A stretch of 64,000 nucleotides of DNA. Source: Octopus sinensis. Its lineage: Eukaryota. Position numbers and translations under genes: made by a program. How positions within the stretch are numbered: position 1 is the first letter of the stretch; each line of letters begins with the position of its first letter. The notes beneath the pieces are model-generated. The model was not told the DNA's origin. It was given only the letters and a program-made list of their open reading frames with translations, and ran no database searches. The DNA is taken from NCBI RefSeq assembly GCF_006345805.1, contig NC_043005.1, positions 55,800,001 through 55,864,000 of the forward strand, read 5' to 3'. Positions 1 to 14,299 of the stretch are shown piece by piece.

Positions 1-1670
1 CCAATGTATGGGTAGAAGCCAGCGAGGGGAGCCATAACAATGAGGGAGTGAGTCTGTAGACTTAAACTGAGTACCATGGAACCATGAACCAACATTAGAA
101 CCTAAAGTCAATGAGTCACTCAAATTGTTAGAAATAGCAACAATATTTTCATCATGTCACACCTAACTGCTTTTAAAATAGGATGGATGAGATGGGAAAA
201 ATAACAGGTATGTCATGGCTGGATTGTCTATCGTCAAGAATGCATGCAGGAAGTTTTGTTCAATGAAGCTGTAAAACATGAATCAAATCAATAGCAACAG
301 CTTTACATTGATTTTATGTTTTCACCACAGAGACATGACTTCTCGTTGCTCCAATTTAATTGGGTTTTTTTTTTATTTAATCAGTATATTTGGAAAACAA
401 AAGCAAAATAGACAATAACAGCTACAACTGGAATACTTTAGATCATAGGTTTGCTTGATCAGTCCTGATTGGAAACTGAGCAACAAAAACCATTTAACAC
501 ATAATTATTTCTAGCATAAGCACAAGGCCTCGACTTGTGGGACAAATTGTATATAAAACATATGCATTTCTCTGAAAAATCAATGTACCAGCATAACACA
601 GCAGCATGAGGACTTAAAGTGTGAAACTGGTCAAAAATCTAGTGTTAGATAAGTTAGAATTTAACTTGTTCAGCTCTGATAGTTGAGAGCATGTCCAAAG
701 TTGTACACTGAAAGAATTCCTCCTAGAGTATATGAATTTAGCATTCTGATACCAAATTGCATGAGACCACCTTTGGTTCTGTGATACAAATTTCCTGTTT
801 AAAATGATCTACATTAAAACTGTCCATCAAAATTTCATGTTGATTTATGTTCCAAACATTAGCTTAATTAAGATAAAGCTAGTTTGCTAAATTCTTCGTT
901 AATTGCAAAATTAATTGAAATGTAGACAATGTTTTGATTTGGAGTTACACACATGGCAAAAATAGGCTATCCTATATATCAGATCAAGGGTCTTATGAAC
1001 AAGTACAGCCTAACTAGAGATCTTGGAGAAGACCATATTTTCTTGTGCCTTGAGTAATTCAGGCAGACATAAATTTTTCAGCATCTCAATGAGCTGAATT
1101 AACCATAGAAATAATCAAATAATCATCAAAGGTAAGAAAATCTAAATGCTGTTTGTAACAATGGCGTGGTTATAGTTGATTATATCAACCCCAGTACATG
1201 AAGAGTATTTTATTTAATTAACTGTGGTGCTTGAATGATACTTTATTTTTTCAAATACTATACTTAAGTGGTTCTTTATTTCACCAATTTTAGAAAAACT
1301 AAAAGCAAAGTGGAGCTCGGTAGAAGTTCAAACTAGAACGAAGGAAGTTAGAACACCGCAAGATATTTTGTCTACCAAATTAGCAGTTCTGCCAATCTAC
1401 TGCCCTAACATAACAAATAATTCTGTCTATTATAGGCACAAGGCCTGAAAGCTTGTGGGAGAGAGGTTGTTCACTACATCATCTCAAGTGTTCAACTGGT
1501 ACTTTTTATCAACCCTGAAAGGATGAAAGGCAAATTTAACCTCAGAAGAATTTGAACTCAGAATGTGAAGCTGGAAAAAATGTTGCTACATGTGCCAAGT
1601 ATACCAATGATACTGCTGGTTCACTGCATTTATATAACAAAATCAAAACACACAGTATAAAAATACTTAC

Positions 1671-2000
1671 CTTTGGAAGCAGGTGTTTTACATCAAGGGG
1701 AGTGAAATCTGTGATACCAAAGTGTCTGTTGTAATAAGCCTTGGTGAAGTTATCACAGTCATAGACAAGAAAGACTCGGCCATATATATTGATGGTTTTA
1801 CCTATGATGAAGTCTGGTGGAGTGAGGTATTCCCTGACTTCATGGTTGGTGAGTTCCATTGAGATGGCTGGGTATGTGGAGGGAACATTGCAGCGGTTTT
1901 TGGGTACTTTGTCACGTTTTATAAGGACAGGGAAAGGGTCTCTGCCATCATTCTCATGGTGGATTTCTCGAACTTCCAGTGTGTCATCAGACAGGTAATA
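1671..2000 (-). CDS. EFHC1: EFHC1 exon, DM10 domain 2 (YYLSDDTLEVREIHHENDGRDPFPVLIKR...GKTINIYGRVFLVYDCDNFTKAYY...LLPK)
   Basis: 330 nt, phase 0/0. Acceptor ttttctAG and donor GTaagt. NDGRDPFP and GR.F..YDCD.FT motifs. The gene continues left of the window. Confidence 0.95.
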
Positions 2001-2409
2001 CTAGAAAATAGATTAAGTATTTAGATGTTATGCTGAAATATATATATGTGTGTGTGTTTGTGTGTGTTGATGTCAAATAATGAGAATGAATGCTCAATAC
2101 TGCATTAGTGGATAAAGATTCTATATTTATGGGTAAAGGCTACCATTGGTTTCATGTTAAGAGAAGTCCCTTAACAATTATCAAGCCTGCCACATGGAAC
2201 ATCAGTGTTTGTCTCCCTTTTGGATTAGAAATATATGCATGTGTGTGTGTGTGTGTGTGTTTAGGAAGTTAGAAGTTAGGGCCTGTCACAGAATGATCAT
2301 TAGTTTCACACATATAAAGCACTTAGTATAAGTGACTCATAAGACTCAAATGACTGAAGGTGCATAATCTCTCTAGCTCAGATATATGATCTACTAATGA
2401 TGTATGTAT

Positions 2410-3282
2410 ATACAGAGTGCAACGGATCAACTGTCACCATTTTATATATTTTATTTCCTGCATGTGCATTGTTTGTTTTAGATTTTGTTGACTACACAGT
2501 ATAGTAAGGTCAGTTGGGCACCATCTTTGAGAAAAACAGCACTATGACACAATTCCCATTGCCAGAAATTTGGAAATGACATGCTATGCTGCTTGCCATT
2601 CATGCTGGAAGCTCCAATATGAACAGATAGTGAACACACAGAACAACCATTGGCTTGCCATGTCCCCAAAACATGTACCAAGAGTGATAAAAATCAAACA
2701 TCTAGTCAACATCATGGTGTTTGGTGTGATCATTAGGGATGGCAATGTTAAGCCTCCATTCATCTTCCCACCACATGGCCTCAGACTTAACACGGAGGCC
2801 TACATCAAGTGCCTGGAAGAGGTAGTGCTGCACTGGGTCAAGAGGGTGGCTGCTGGAACACCCTGTGTCTGGCAACAGACTCTGCACCATGCCATACAAG
2901 CAGAAGAACCAAGTCGTAGCCGTGATACAATTTCTGTGACCACATCACCCCTAACATCTGGCCACCTAACTCTCCAGACTGCAACCCATTTGATTATTAT
3001 GTGTGGGATGCAGTTGAGCAAGAGACCAACAAAACTCTTTGTAACATCAAAGATGAACTGATGGCAATGATTATGGCAGCATTCACTAACTTACACCTGG
3101 AGACTGTCCAGAAGAGTTGCAGGAGATTCTAAAGTTGTCTGAAACCAATGGTGATTTTATTGAATAAATCTACTCTTTAGTATTTCAAGATATTTTTATG
3201 TAATTTTGGTAAATATATCTGTGAAAATGAGATATCAGTGATATTTTCATTTCTGCATAACTTAGATGACAATATATTTACC
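2410..3282 (+). mobile_element. Decayed Tc1/mariner DD37D (maT-like) transposon
   Basis: IMVFGVI..DGNVKPPFIFP.GLRLNTEAYIKCLEEVVL.WVKRVAAG.P.VWQQ, frameshifted. Starts at TA-cag. Same family as 14300-14995. Confidence 0.8.
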
Positions 3283-3297
3283 ATACATATATGTATG

Positions 3298-3329
<32 letters not shown>

Positions 3330-4314
3330 CATACATGCACACACACATACACACACACATATACATACATATATACATATACACATGCAATAGGCTTCCA
3401 CACAGTTTCTATCTACTTAATTCACTCACACGCTATTGGTCAACTCAGCATTATAGTAGAAGATCCTCAAGCTGCACTTTAAACAATCTGAATGTTTACA
3501 AGAGTTGTGATTTTTCTGGGAAATAAAATATTACAACCAAGTACAATACTTACTTTTTACATACATTTTCATATAAAAAAAATCATTGTGTTATTAGTAA
3601 TCAGAAACATGATGATGTATCAAAGACCAATACAAATTCATTGTATTACTTGTGTATGTATGCATTATGTATGTATACACACATGCATACACATATAGAT
3701 ATATAGCACAAAGCAAAGCTAACTTTTTTTGGTGAAAGGATGCATCAATTTTTGAACTAAGTTTGAAATGCAAGACCAGCCACAACAAGACTTGAAATCA
3801 GATTCCAGAGATACAATGGTAAAATACTTCATAAAATATTTATTCCAGCACTGCAATTAACAGTTCTATTTCAAAACTCAGTATTCATTACACACCAAAT
3901 GGAAGTAATTGTTTCATTGCAACCTGTTCAAACATAAATAACTAGATGCTTCCAAACGTTTCCATACACAATTTACTAAACCTTTCCCAAACACACATTC
4001 TATATATCTTTCTGAAACCCACACACACTGTACCATTCCCAAACACAAAAACATGCAGCACATGATAGATAGCATTCTGTTGATGCTACTGTCATTGCAA
4101 GAAGCATCAACTTCCGTTCATGAACAAAAGATGAAAATTTTGCCATAATCCATTGCACTTGAAATAATTCCAAATGGAGACCAATGTTCTGTAAAAGAGT
4201 TTTCAGTGAGCAATAACCATCTCCTAAAATACAATTTATTGTTAGAGATTAATTATAAATGCATAGCTTCTGGTTTTTATATTTCATTTTATTTTTATAT
4301 TCACTTATCTAATG

Positions 4315-4591
4315 ATATATATATATATGTATAGATACATGCAAACATACATACAAGTGTGTGCACATGTGTGTGCACATGTGTGTATGTATATATACAT
4401 ATATATATACATACATATATACATATACATATACATACATGCATGCAATACATATATATATATATATATATATCCATGCATACAAACACACGCACACACA
4501 TATATGTATATATGTACAGATATAATTGTACATAACTAAATATTTATATGTATATTAAATATATGTATGTATTCATATACATATATATATG

Positions 4592-4653
<62 letters not shown>

Positions 4654-4702
4654 TATATAGTATATATATATAATATATATGTATATATATATATATATAT
4701 GG

Positions 4703-4741
<39 letters not shown>

Positions 4742-4888
4742 ATATAGTATATATATATATATATACTTGAAAATGGTTGCGTCATGTTCAATTAAATATT
4801 AAATAATAAATTAATATATAATATACGCACACAGACATACATATATATATATATCTATATATAAGTATATATATATATATATATATAT

Positions 4889-4969
<81 letters not shown>

Positions 4970-5020
4970 CATACATATATATACACATGTACATGTACAT
5001 ATATATATATATGTACATGC
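4315..5020. repeat. Compound (TA)n/(CA)n microsatellite field (one of many in the window)
   Basis: Direct reading. Similar fields at 5250-5960, 28260-28640, 30460-30820, 48940-49200, 59230-59690, 60710-60975 and 62710-62915. Confidence 0.95.
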
Positions 5021-5250
5021 ATATATGGGTATAGGACGTCACCAATGGTGCAAGTAACAGGAGAAGTAAACACAGAGAAAGGACCCTTCAGTTGTCTACT
5101 GTCTATCTACACCTTATTTCGAGCAGACATCTGACAAGTGATAAGAGGTCCTTTCTCTGTGTTTACTTGTCCTCTTTTCCATTTTTTTCTTGTTCTTTAT
5201 GTATTTCATGTTATTTGCACCGTTGGTGACGTCCTGTACCCATATATACA
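5018..5250. repeat. Imperfect inverted repeat element
   Basis: atatatgggtataggacgtcaccaatggtgcaagtaaca pairs with tgttatttgcaccgttggtgacgtcctgtacccatatat. aagtaaacacagagaaaggacc pairs with ggtcctttctctgtgtttactt. Confidence 0.8.
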
Positions 5251-5254
5251 TGTG

Positions 5255-5335
<81 letters not shown>

Positions 5336-5614
5336 GTGTGTGTTGTGTGTGTGTGTATATTATATATTATTTATCATTTATTATATATATATATATATAA
5401 ATATATATACTTATATATCTATACACACACACACACAAACACATACACACACACACACATATACACAAGGAAGAGAATTAACTAACATCAGAAATAGGAC
5501 CAGTTTAAAAAACATGAATATTGTATCAGCTTATACAGAAGAAATGAGTCACCTAGAAAATATATTTCTGAGCAACAGAAGCCAAGCCCATCATATAAGG
5601 CCCCAATCACTCTC

Positions 5615-5654
<40 letters not shown>

Positions 5655-5694
5655 CAGAATATATTTTCATTTATATATATATATGCATGCATAC

Positions 5695-5746
<52 letters not shown>

Positions 5747-5956
5747 TATATATATATAATATGTATGTATAGATGAAGGATATGTATATATCTATGTAAT
5801 TGTCTATATATCTATATATATACATATCTCTCTCCTTCTCTCTCTCTATATATATATATATTTATATTTAAGTGTGTACATATATATCTATATCCATATA
5901 TATGTAGATTATATATATAGATAGATATAGATATATACGTACATATATACATACAT

Positions 5957-6188
5957 ATTTCTTTACTACCCACAAGGGGCTAAACACAGAGAGGATAAAC
6001 AAGGACAGACAAACGGACTAAGTCAATTATATCGACCCCAGTGTGTAACTGGTACTTATTTAATCGACCCCGAAAGGATGAAAGGCAAAGTCGACCTTGG
6101 CAGAATTTGAACCCAGAACGTAACGGCAGTCGAAATACCACTAAGCATTTCGCCCGGCGTGCTAACGATTCTGCCAGCTCACCGCCTT
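5957..6188 (-). mobile_element. tRNA-derived SINE family B
   Basis: Minus head ggcggtgagctggcagaatcgttagc...gggttcaaattctgcc and core gtcgactttgcctttcatcctttcggggtcgat. Other copies near 1430, 15700, 17182, 20800, 25340, 29715, 36955, 37254, 37473, 44257 and 54955. Confidence 0.85.
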
Positions 6189-6548
6189 ATACACATATAC
6201 ACACACACACACACATATATGTATATCTATCTATACATGTGTGAGTGTGTGTGTGCGTGTTTGTGCACACGTGCTTTTATGCGTGTGTACATGTATGTAT
6301 ATATATTTATATATGGATGAACGGACATATGTATGTATGTGCATATTGCATTTATAGTCATGTACATGCATGCATTTACCTGCCAGTTCATGCATATGCT
6401 ACGTTTCATGCATGTTAATGTCTTATGTATAGTTTTGCTTGCTGCAACAGCATGTAACCCTGTATGTGCATGCATGCATGTATGCATGTGTTTTGCATAT
6501 ATGTGGCAACATGAGGGCCAGCAGCTTAGTTTCTACTTAATTGTACAT

Positions 6549-6713
6549 TGGCTGCGTGGTAAATAGCTTGCTTACCAACCACATGGTTCTGGGTTCAGTC
6601 CTACTGTGTGGCACCTCGGGCAAGTGTCTTCAACTATAGCTTCAGGCCGACCAAAGCCTTGTGAGTGGATTTGGTAGACGGAAACTGAAAGAAGCCTGTC
6701 GTATATATATATA

Positions 6714-6776
<63 letters not shown>

Positions 6777-7012
6777 ATATGTGAGTGTGTGTTTGTGTGT
6801 CTGTGTTTGTCCCACCCCACCAAAATCGCTTGACAGCTGATGCTGCTGTGTTTACATCCCCGTAACTTAGCGGTTCGGCAAAAGACTCCAATAGAATAAG
6901 TACTAGGCTTACAAAGAATAAGTTCTAGTGTTGATTTGCTCGACTAAAAGCGGTGCTCCAGCATGGCGATAGTCAAATGACTGAAACAAGTAAAAAAGTA
7001 AAAGAGTAATAG
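6549..7012 (+). mobile_element. tRNA-derived SINE family A (with internal (TA)n/(TG)n)
   Basis: Head ggctgcgtggtaa...ggttcagtccc, body gagtggatttggtagacggaaactgaaagaagcc, tail gtcaaatgactgaaacaagtaaaa. At least 12 copies in the window. Confidence 0.85.
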
Positions 7013-8359
7013 AGTATGCATGAGCCACGTATGTAGGTCCTTATAAGCATGGATATATATTAACTAGCAAAAGAATGTATGAGCATGTAGAAGCATGAAT
7101 GTGTATATTATTATTGACAAGTGGTCTATTGATCACTGACTTCCAACGAATCCCCTACGACGCACCCCAACTACCTTATGCCAATCAATAATCCTACTCT
7201 CCTTTCTTGTTTTAATTCCCTGTTTCTTGTTCTTTCCTCCCTAACCTCTAAATCTCTTCATTTCTCTTTCTAGTCATTTAAACTCCCACACCTTTTGCTG
7301 TAACTAATTCTTTACCATTTCTAGTAATTTTTTACTCTCTCCACTCTTTTATGCATGAAAAATACAAAAAAGGAAAGATTTTTTCCTCTCTTCTTGAAGA
7401 ATGACTTCATCCAAAACATTAATTTTTTTTTTACCGATGGCATATGCACTTTTAAAAAAATCTTTATATATTATCTATTAATCATCCAAGATTATAGAAT
7501 TAGAATTTCAGGTACACATAGAAACGTTAGTTATTTAGAAACTAACAAATATTCCTCTGACAATATGATAAACATATACATACATACAAACATGATGCTA
7601 CTGCTGCTGCTGCTACTAATGATGATGATGATACATATATATATATGTAGAGAATTTTTACAAGTACATACACACACGCACACATATAATTTTATTGATT
7701 GTATCCTTTAAACCAATGTTTGTTGTTTTATAATTTAAAAAAATCCTCATCTTTAGCTCTGTGTGTGTGTATGTGTCTGTGTGTGTGTGAGTGAGAGAAA
7801 ATATCTATGTGCATGTACATGTGTGTGTGTGTGTGTGAGTGTGTGTGTGTGTGTACTTGTAAAAATTCTCTACATTCATACATCATATATATACAAGCAA
7901 CCACACAGCAGTGATACTCATATATAGGCAAGAAAAGAACGTAAATCAGGCAAACATCAATCACTCTACATGGCCATCTCCCAAAGCTGCATCCTATCAT
8001 CAGTTTTGAAATACAAAACTCACCGTCTCCTCCAGCTTCATCAACCCCATCAACACCATCAATACCATCACCCTTCTTCAACTAGCTGAACCTGTCTTCA
8101 TTTACATTTACTTCTCCATTTCTGATGAATTTCACAAACAGTTCAACAGAAACCATGTGTCCATTAATATGGCACCTAACTATACAAACCCCTTTGCCTA
8201 CTAGACCCAGAGCTGTATGCAGGACTGGATTTATGTATGGGCCAATATGGATTAAGCCCCAGGATCCTCAAGCATGTGGGGGTTCCAGGCATTGGAGGCC
8301 CCTTTAAATCAGAGAAGTTTAAAGCTTGGAGTTAAAAATTAAAACATATATTTACAACA

Positions 8360-8617
8360 GTGGAGGCGTGTGGCTTACTGGTTAAGGTGTCAGCATCATG
8401 ATCATAACATTGTGGTTTTGGTTCCTGGACCAGGCGATGTGTTGTGTTCTTGAGCAAAACACTTCATTTCACGTTGCTCCAGTTCACTCAGCTGGCAAAA
8501 ATGAGTAACGCTGCGATGGACTGGCATCCCATCCAGCTGGGGAACACATACGCAATTGAAACTGAGAAACTGGGCCCATGAGCCTGGCTAGGCTTTACAA
8601 GGGTGCATTTATTTATT
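8360..8617 (+). mobile_element. tRNA-derived SINE family C
   Basis: Head gtggaggcgtgtggcttactggttaagg and body ttcttgagcaaaacacttcatttcacgttgctccag. Relatives at 25045-25235, 36365-36512 and 40855-41125. Confidence 0.75.
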
Positions 8618-8930
8618 ATTTTTAATATTTACAACCAAATAAAAGATTTGTAATTTTTTTTACTTGTTAAAACTTTTTGAAATCCAGGTGATTTCTTCCA
8701 CAATTATTGAGCCATCTTTTGATTTGTTGGACCATTTTAGATTTAAAAGGCCATTAAATTTAACTGAATCCCTCCAAATGTAACAAGCGATGTTGGGGGA
8801 ACAAACACAGACACACAAACATATACACACACATGCATATATATATATATACACATATACGATGGGCTTCTTTCAGTTTCCGTCTACCAAATCCACTCAC
8901 AAGGCTTTGGTCAGCCAGAGGTTAACAAAT

Positions 8931-9830
8931 ATACGAGGTACATTCAAAAAGTATCCAGTTTTATTTTTTCCAGCCAAAACTAATGTCACGTGGGCAATAT
9001 CTTTTGGGTGGGAGGTGGCATCATCCTTCCTGCACACACATGAAACTTTTCTTGCCGGTGGGCTGCACCAGTTCCCAGCTGTTATGCCTAGAGTACTTAC
9101 ATACAATGCATGTTCGTCAGATTTTCGTTTTCACCAAACATAATGAGTTGAGATATTGCATCAAATTTTGCCAAAAGTTTTATGATATTCGAGCTCAAAC
9201 CATCTAGAAGATCCAGCAGGCCTTTGACGATGATACCATGGGCAAAACTCAGACCAAGGAGTGGTACAACATGTGGAGAGTAAGGCATAATCAGGGAGGC
9301 CATCCACAAACCAAAACAAGGAGCCGATTGAGAAGGTTTGGCAAATAGTCATGGAAGATCGTCATACAACAATCCAGGAAATTGCTCCTGAAGTGGGAAT
9401 AAGTACAGGATCAGTGCATTCCATTTGAACAGAAGAATTGTGCAGGTGGAGAGTGTCAGCAAAATTCACCCCCAAGGTACTAGCGGAACTGCAGAAGCAG
9501 CTTCCCACAGAAATCACTCAGGACATGCTGCACAGTGCAACTCATGACCCAGACTTCATAAAGACCATCATCACTAGTAATGGGACACTGCTTAATGGTC
9601 TTTGCTTGATACATTTGGTCATCTTGCATGGAAACAAAAATCTGACAAGCGTGCACTGCATGTCTGTAATCTAGGAAGTAACAGCTGTAAACTGAGACGG
9701 CCTACCAGCATGAAAACTTCCAGACATGTGCAGGAAGGTTGACATCACCTTCAACCCAAAGGATTTTGCCCACGTGGTATTAGCTTTGGTGAGGAAAAAA
9801 TAAAACCAGGTACTTTTTGAAAACACCACA
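8931..9830 (+). mobile_element. Internally deleted mariner element with long (about 200 bp) imperfect inverted termini
   Basis: Remnant peptides RYCIKFCQK, SGRPST, EDRHTTIQEIAPEVGISTGSVHSI, RVSAKFTPKVL, DPDFIKTIIT. 8931-9150 matches the reverse complement of 9620-9830. Confidence 0.82.
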
Positions 9831-9877
9831 TATATGCATACACATTTATATATGTACATGTTTGAATGTGTGTATGT

Positions 9878-9914
<37 letters not shown>

Positions 9915-10835
9915 GAAAGAGAGAGAGAAAGAGTGAGATAAATATATATACATATATATATAATTATATATACATACATAAATATATATATATATACACA
10001 CATATATATAATCATATATACATACATATTTTTGTGGTGTGTGTGTGTAAGTATTAAGAACACACAGAATTTAATAGCAGTTATAGTGATTTGATTGATT
10101 TTGAAGTTTTTCACATTAATACACAACACCATTAATGTTAAAAATAACAGAAATATAAAATAATTGGCAGAGAATGGGAACGTTAATATTTGTAGGGTAG
10201 GGTAGCTTATATTCGCACGCACGCACATACACACACACACACAAAGGCTGACTGGTCATCAGATGTACCAATACCATTCTCATTAAAGAGCATCACTGTA
10301 TATGACTGACTTACTGACTTCATACTTAGTTAATTTATAAAATACAAATGGTCGAATATAAAACTTTAATGTTAAAGACGAAGATAACATCTACAAATTA
10401 TTTTTTTTCTTTTAAATCTGCTTGTTCATTATAAGACAAAAGATTGCATACTTAAGGGAAATTACAAAACAAAATAATGTACAATAATCAAAAAGACATA
10501 TTTACTCTAAATCACCAAACTACAAAAATCTACACTCATTTACACACTCACACACACAATAAGAAGGTTATTAAACTTAAAAACATGAAAGCAACAAGTA
10601 AATTCAATGTAATAATGTATCACATTAAATTTAATTATGTGTTATGTAAAAATTGTGACATAGAAGACTACATTGCCCAAACGTAATGTTAAGAACTTTG
10701 TAGTTTTCCATTACACTATTTTCGTTTTTGTACTTCACATACCAAAGACCAGCCAATCAAACTAACTTCTCCATTTTGTTTTCATAAAGAGTATATCTAG
10801 AACTACATTAGAACTACATTATTCAAAGATATGTG

Positions 10836-10905
10836 GCATTTCGGCACAGCCATTTCGGCACAGCCATTTCAGCACAGCCATTTCGGCACAGCCATTTCAG
10901 CACCG
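10836..10905. repeat. 14-bp tandem repeat, about 5 copies (catttcggcacagc)
   Basis: Direct reading. Confidence 0.9.
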
Positions 10906-11338
10906 CCAAAATGGTGCTGCTAATTTGATGCTGGTTCATTATTTATTTAACATCAAACATTTTGATTTTAATGTTTCTTTTGCTCTCTCCTTCCTGCTCT
11001 CTCTTTCTCCTTCTTGCTCTCTCTCTCTCTCTCTCCTCCTCCTCTTTTTCTCTCTCTCCTTCTCTCTCTCTTTCTCTCTCTCGTTCATGTGGGAGAGCAT
11101 ATTTCAGTTACATCCATGAGGAAAGGAAAAGTGTTTATGTCGATTATGTTCAATTAATCTATACTGTAATGGAGAAAGCTGCTTATTAATTAGATATGAA
11201 ACAATTACTAAAAGTACTAAAAGAAACCAATTAATAAAGGATTGACCGTCTGGAAATATTTTTACAAATTCATGTTCTAAGAAATTTCCCAATAATTTCG
11301 GTTTCTCAAGTTTATTGAACTTTTTAAACTCCAGTTTC

Positions 11339-11432
11339 TCACAAATTTAAATATTCACTGCATCCAAATCATCACAAATTTAAATATTCACTGCATCCAA
11401 ATCATCACAAATTTAAATATTCATTGCATTCA
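11339..11432. repeat. 33-bp tandem repeat, about 2.8 copies
   Basis: Unit tcacaaatttaaatattcactgcatccaaatca. Confidence 0.9.
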
Positions 11433-11728
11433 CTGCAGAGTATTCCTTTTTCATTTGCAAAGTTTCTCACTTTCTCTTTAAGTTTTAATTCACTATTAAT
11501 GCATATGCAATGTAAAAACATTATTTATTGAATGAACATTTTTTAAAAATACATGTATAATTTTTGAACGTGGGATAGCTGTGAGAAGAGCCTAGATAGT
11601 TAGGTAGTTACTATTAGAAGACGAGGAGAAAAAAACAATCAAAACTTGCACCTTATTCACAGTTTCCAAACACAACTTCAACAGTGACACACACATAGAT
11701 ACACATGCACACAAATAAAAGGCAATTA

Positions 11729-11763
<35 letters not shown>

Positions 11764-12706
11764 GTGTGTGTGTTGTTCACTGACAAAACTTCATGCTGCA
11801 TCACTTTTGTGAAGTTTTGTCAGTGAACAGGTTGTGGTTTCAAAGCAACGAAATATTTTGACACAAATGAAGTTTTAATGTTTAAGTGAAACTAACAGTA
11901 TTTGTGTGTTCTTGAATGGTTTACAAACATCTTCCACACTGCAATTGTTTTTATTTCAGGACACGATCTCAGATCAAGTCACTTGCTGTGCAAGTACATC
12001 TCCGTATCTTTTTAAATCACTGTGGATAAATGTCAGCAATGACCTTCTCAGGCTCTCCAGTATTTTAATTTCTAAACAGAAACAATCGGGAGCAGAGAGT
12101 GGGGTTGCAAAAAATTCCTAATTTCTCAAATTTTCTTTTTTATAGCATATAAATATATTTATGGGGAAAAAATACTGAAAAACATCAATACATGCGAGAG
12201 TGATAAAGAAACGAAGAGGGTTATCTTTGGATGTGCTAAAAAGAACAGCCAAATCGCCCTTAAATCACTTTTTTCTCTGAAAACTTTTTTTTTTTAAATT
12301 GTTTTTACCGAAAATGCTCTACCCATGGTTTTGAAGTGAAAAACAAATTGGCAAAAATAGGTTTGGAGTGGAATGATGAGGGAGGGGGATGTAAAAAGAA
12401 AAGGTTTCAAAACATTTTTCATACAAAGATGAGCCCTCCCCCTACCAACCCCATCATTTCGAAGGCTGTGGTTTAAAAAGAAAATGGGGAAAATACCTGA
12501 AAAAATTATTCCAACAAATTTCTCTATTGTCTATACCACATAGCTATGCCTACACTTTTAATATATATATATTTATATTTGTCAGATATTTACTTATTTT
12601 TTGGATTGCCTTAACATCTCTTTTAAGTTCTCAAAATGTTTATTTGCTCTTCAACAATCTATTTAAAACTTACAATAATTAGAGAAATAAAAATGGTAAT
12701 ACTAAC

Positions 12707-12934
12707 ATGTACGATGTATTCTTTTATCTCTCCAAACATATTTTTACTATCATCCCAGATACAATAGAAGCGCAATACTTTGCGGTCCATTTCTAAGAAT
12801 TGCTTGAGCTTATCAAATTCTGATGGTGCAATGTATGTCTTTTGCAAGTTTGCCTTCCTACGATTGTCAATGTATGGATCAACAGGCACTTCTTCACTTT
12901 CATTAACTTCAATTCCTTCACTCTCCAGGAAGTT
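12707..12934 (-). CDS. EFHC1: EFHC1 exon, linker and start of DM10 domain 2 (NFLESEGIEVN...DPY...FDKLKQFLEMDRKVLRFYCIWDD...YIVH)
   Basis: 228 nt, phase 0/0. Acceptor tttcAG and donor GTtagt. LKQFL..DRKVLRFY..WDD motif. Confidence 0.95.
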
Positions 12935-13200
12935 CTGAAATCATACGAGAGAGAAAGAATATATTTAGAGTAATCCTAGATATTCATACATTGTGAGAAT
13001 TAATATAAGAAAAAAAAAGAATATGAATCAGGAAAGCAAACTTCAAAAATCTTTTGTATGATATTTAATAATCTGCATTTCAGAAAGACGAAATCTTTGG
13101 TGAATTAAGGAAAATGGAATAGCTCTTGAGAAAAAAATTAACAAATAATAATCATTCGAGTTAATAAAAGACTTGTGGTAAATGAAAGAATGAAACAAAC

Positions 13201-13337
13201 CCTTGTGAAGAGATCACAGTCATAGATATGGAATGTGCGACCAAAAAGTGTCACATCAATACCAATGTTCAGATCTGTCCAGTGCCAAATGTCCTTTTGA
13301 TCATTCTTAGGAATTTGTTGTCGTTTCAAAAATGGAC
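13201..13337 (-). CDS. EFHC1: EFHC1 exon, second half of DM10 domain 1 (G-PFLKRQQIPKNDQKDIWHWTDLNIGIDVTLFGRTFHIYDCDLFTR)
   Basis: 137 nt, phase 1/0, completing the split Gly codon. Acceptor ctctgtAG and donor GTttgt. Motif W.DLN.G......GR.F.I.DCD.FT. Confidence 0.95.
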
Positions 13338-13835
13338 CTACAGAGAAATAACACTGATTTCTAAAATTTACACAAATCACATTTTTCAAAAGTTGTATAG
13401 TAAATTGTACATGCACACACACACACACACACATGCGTGCATGTGCACACACGCATATAGCTGTTTATATAAATTTTTAATATACCTATTAGCATTTTGT
13501 TGAATCAGCCATAAATCTATATGGTAAATGCATATACTGATTGTCCGATTTAGTGAAAACAGAGTGATCGAGTAGTCACTGCTGACAAGCCTATGACTGA
13601 TAGACAAAACTAGTCTAGTCCAGTGATCTCTAGAGTGATTCTTGGGGTGGTTATCTCCTCTCTCAGCGTATATATATTGTGTGCTTTATACAGGATTAAG
13701 AGATTTTAACTCTTATTTCTTGTGATATAGTGCTTCAGCACCCTCAGTCACAATTAGCAATGATTAAAGTTTTCCTTTATGGTTTTATTTCACACCTAGC
13801 TGTTTATATCAATTTTTATATTATATCATATTATT

Positions 13836-13905
<70 letters not shown>

Positions 13906-14196
13906 CTTCAAACTTTGGGCCTCACAGAAACAATGACTAGTGACCGAGACCTTTGGCTATATGCTGTGCCTAACAAGCCAAGTGAAATCGTAGTTGTGGC
14001 CAATGCTGGCGTCATGTACCAGTAGCAAATAAAAGTACCCATTACACACTCAGAGTAGTTGGTGTTAAAAGTGGCATCCAGCCGTAGAAACCATGCCAAA
14101 TCAGACTGAAGTCTGGTGCAGCCTACCTCCCAGCTTGCCAGTCCTGGTCAAACCGTCCAACCCATGCCAGTGTGGACAATGGACGTTAAATGATGA

Positions 14197-14231
<35 letters not shown>

Positions 14232-14299
14232 AAGGCACCACGGTGGGCATGGAAGCTGTGGGCACGAACTCAGGTAAAGTAGACTATAGGTGAGATAAC

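Noticed and set aside
7114-7142. ttgacaa-gtggtc(tatt)gatcac hairpin resembling a decayed hammerhead
   Set aside because: The core needs two changes and GAAA is absent, so it is too degenerate to call.
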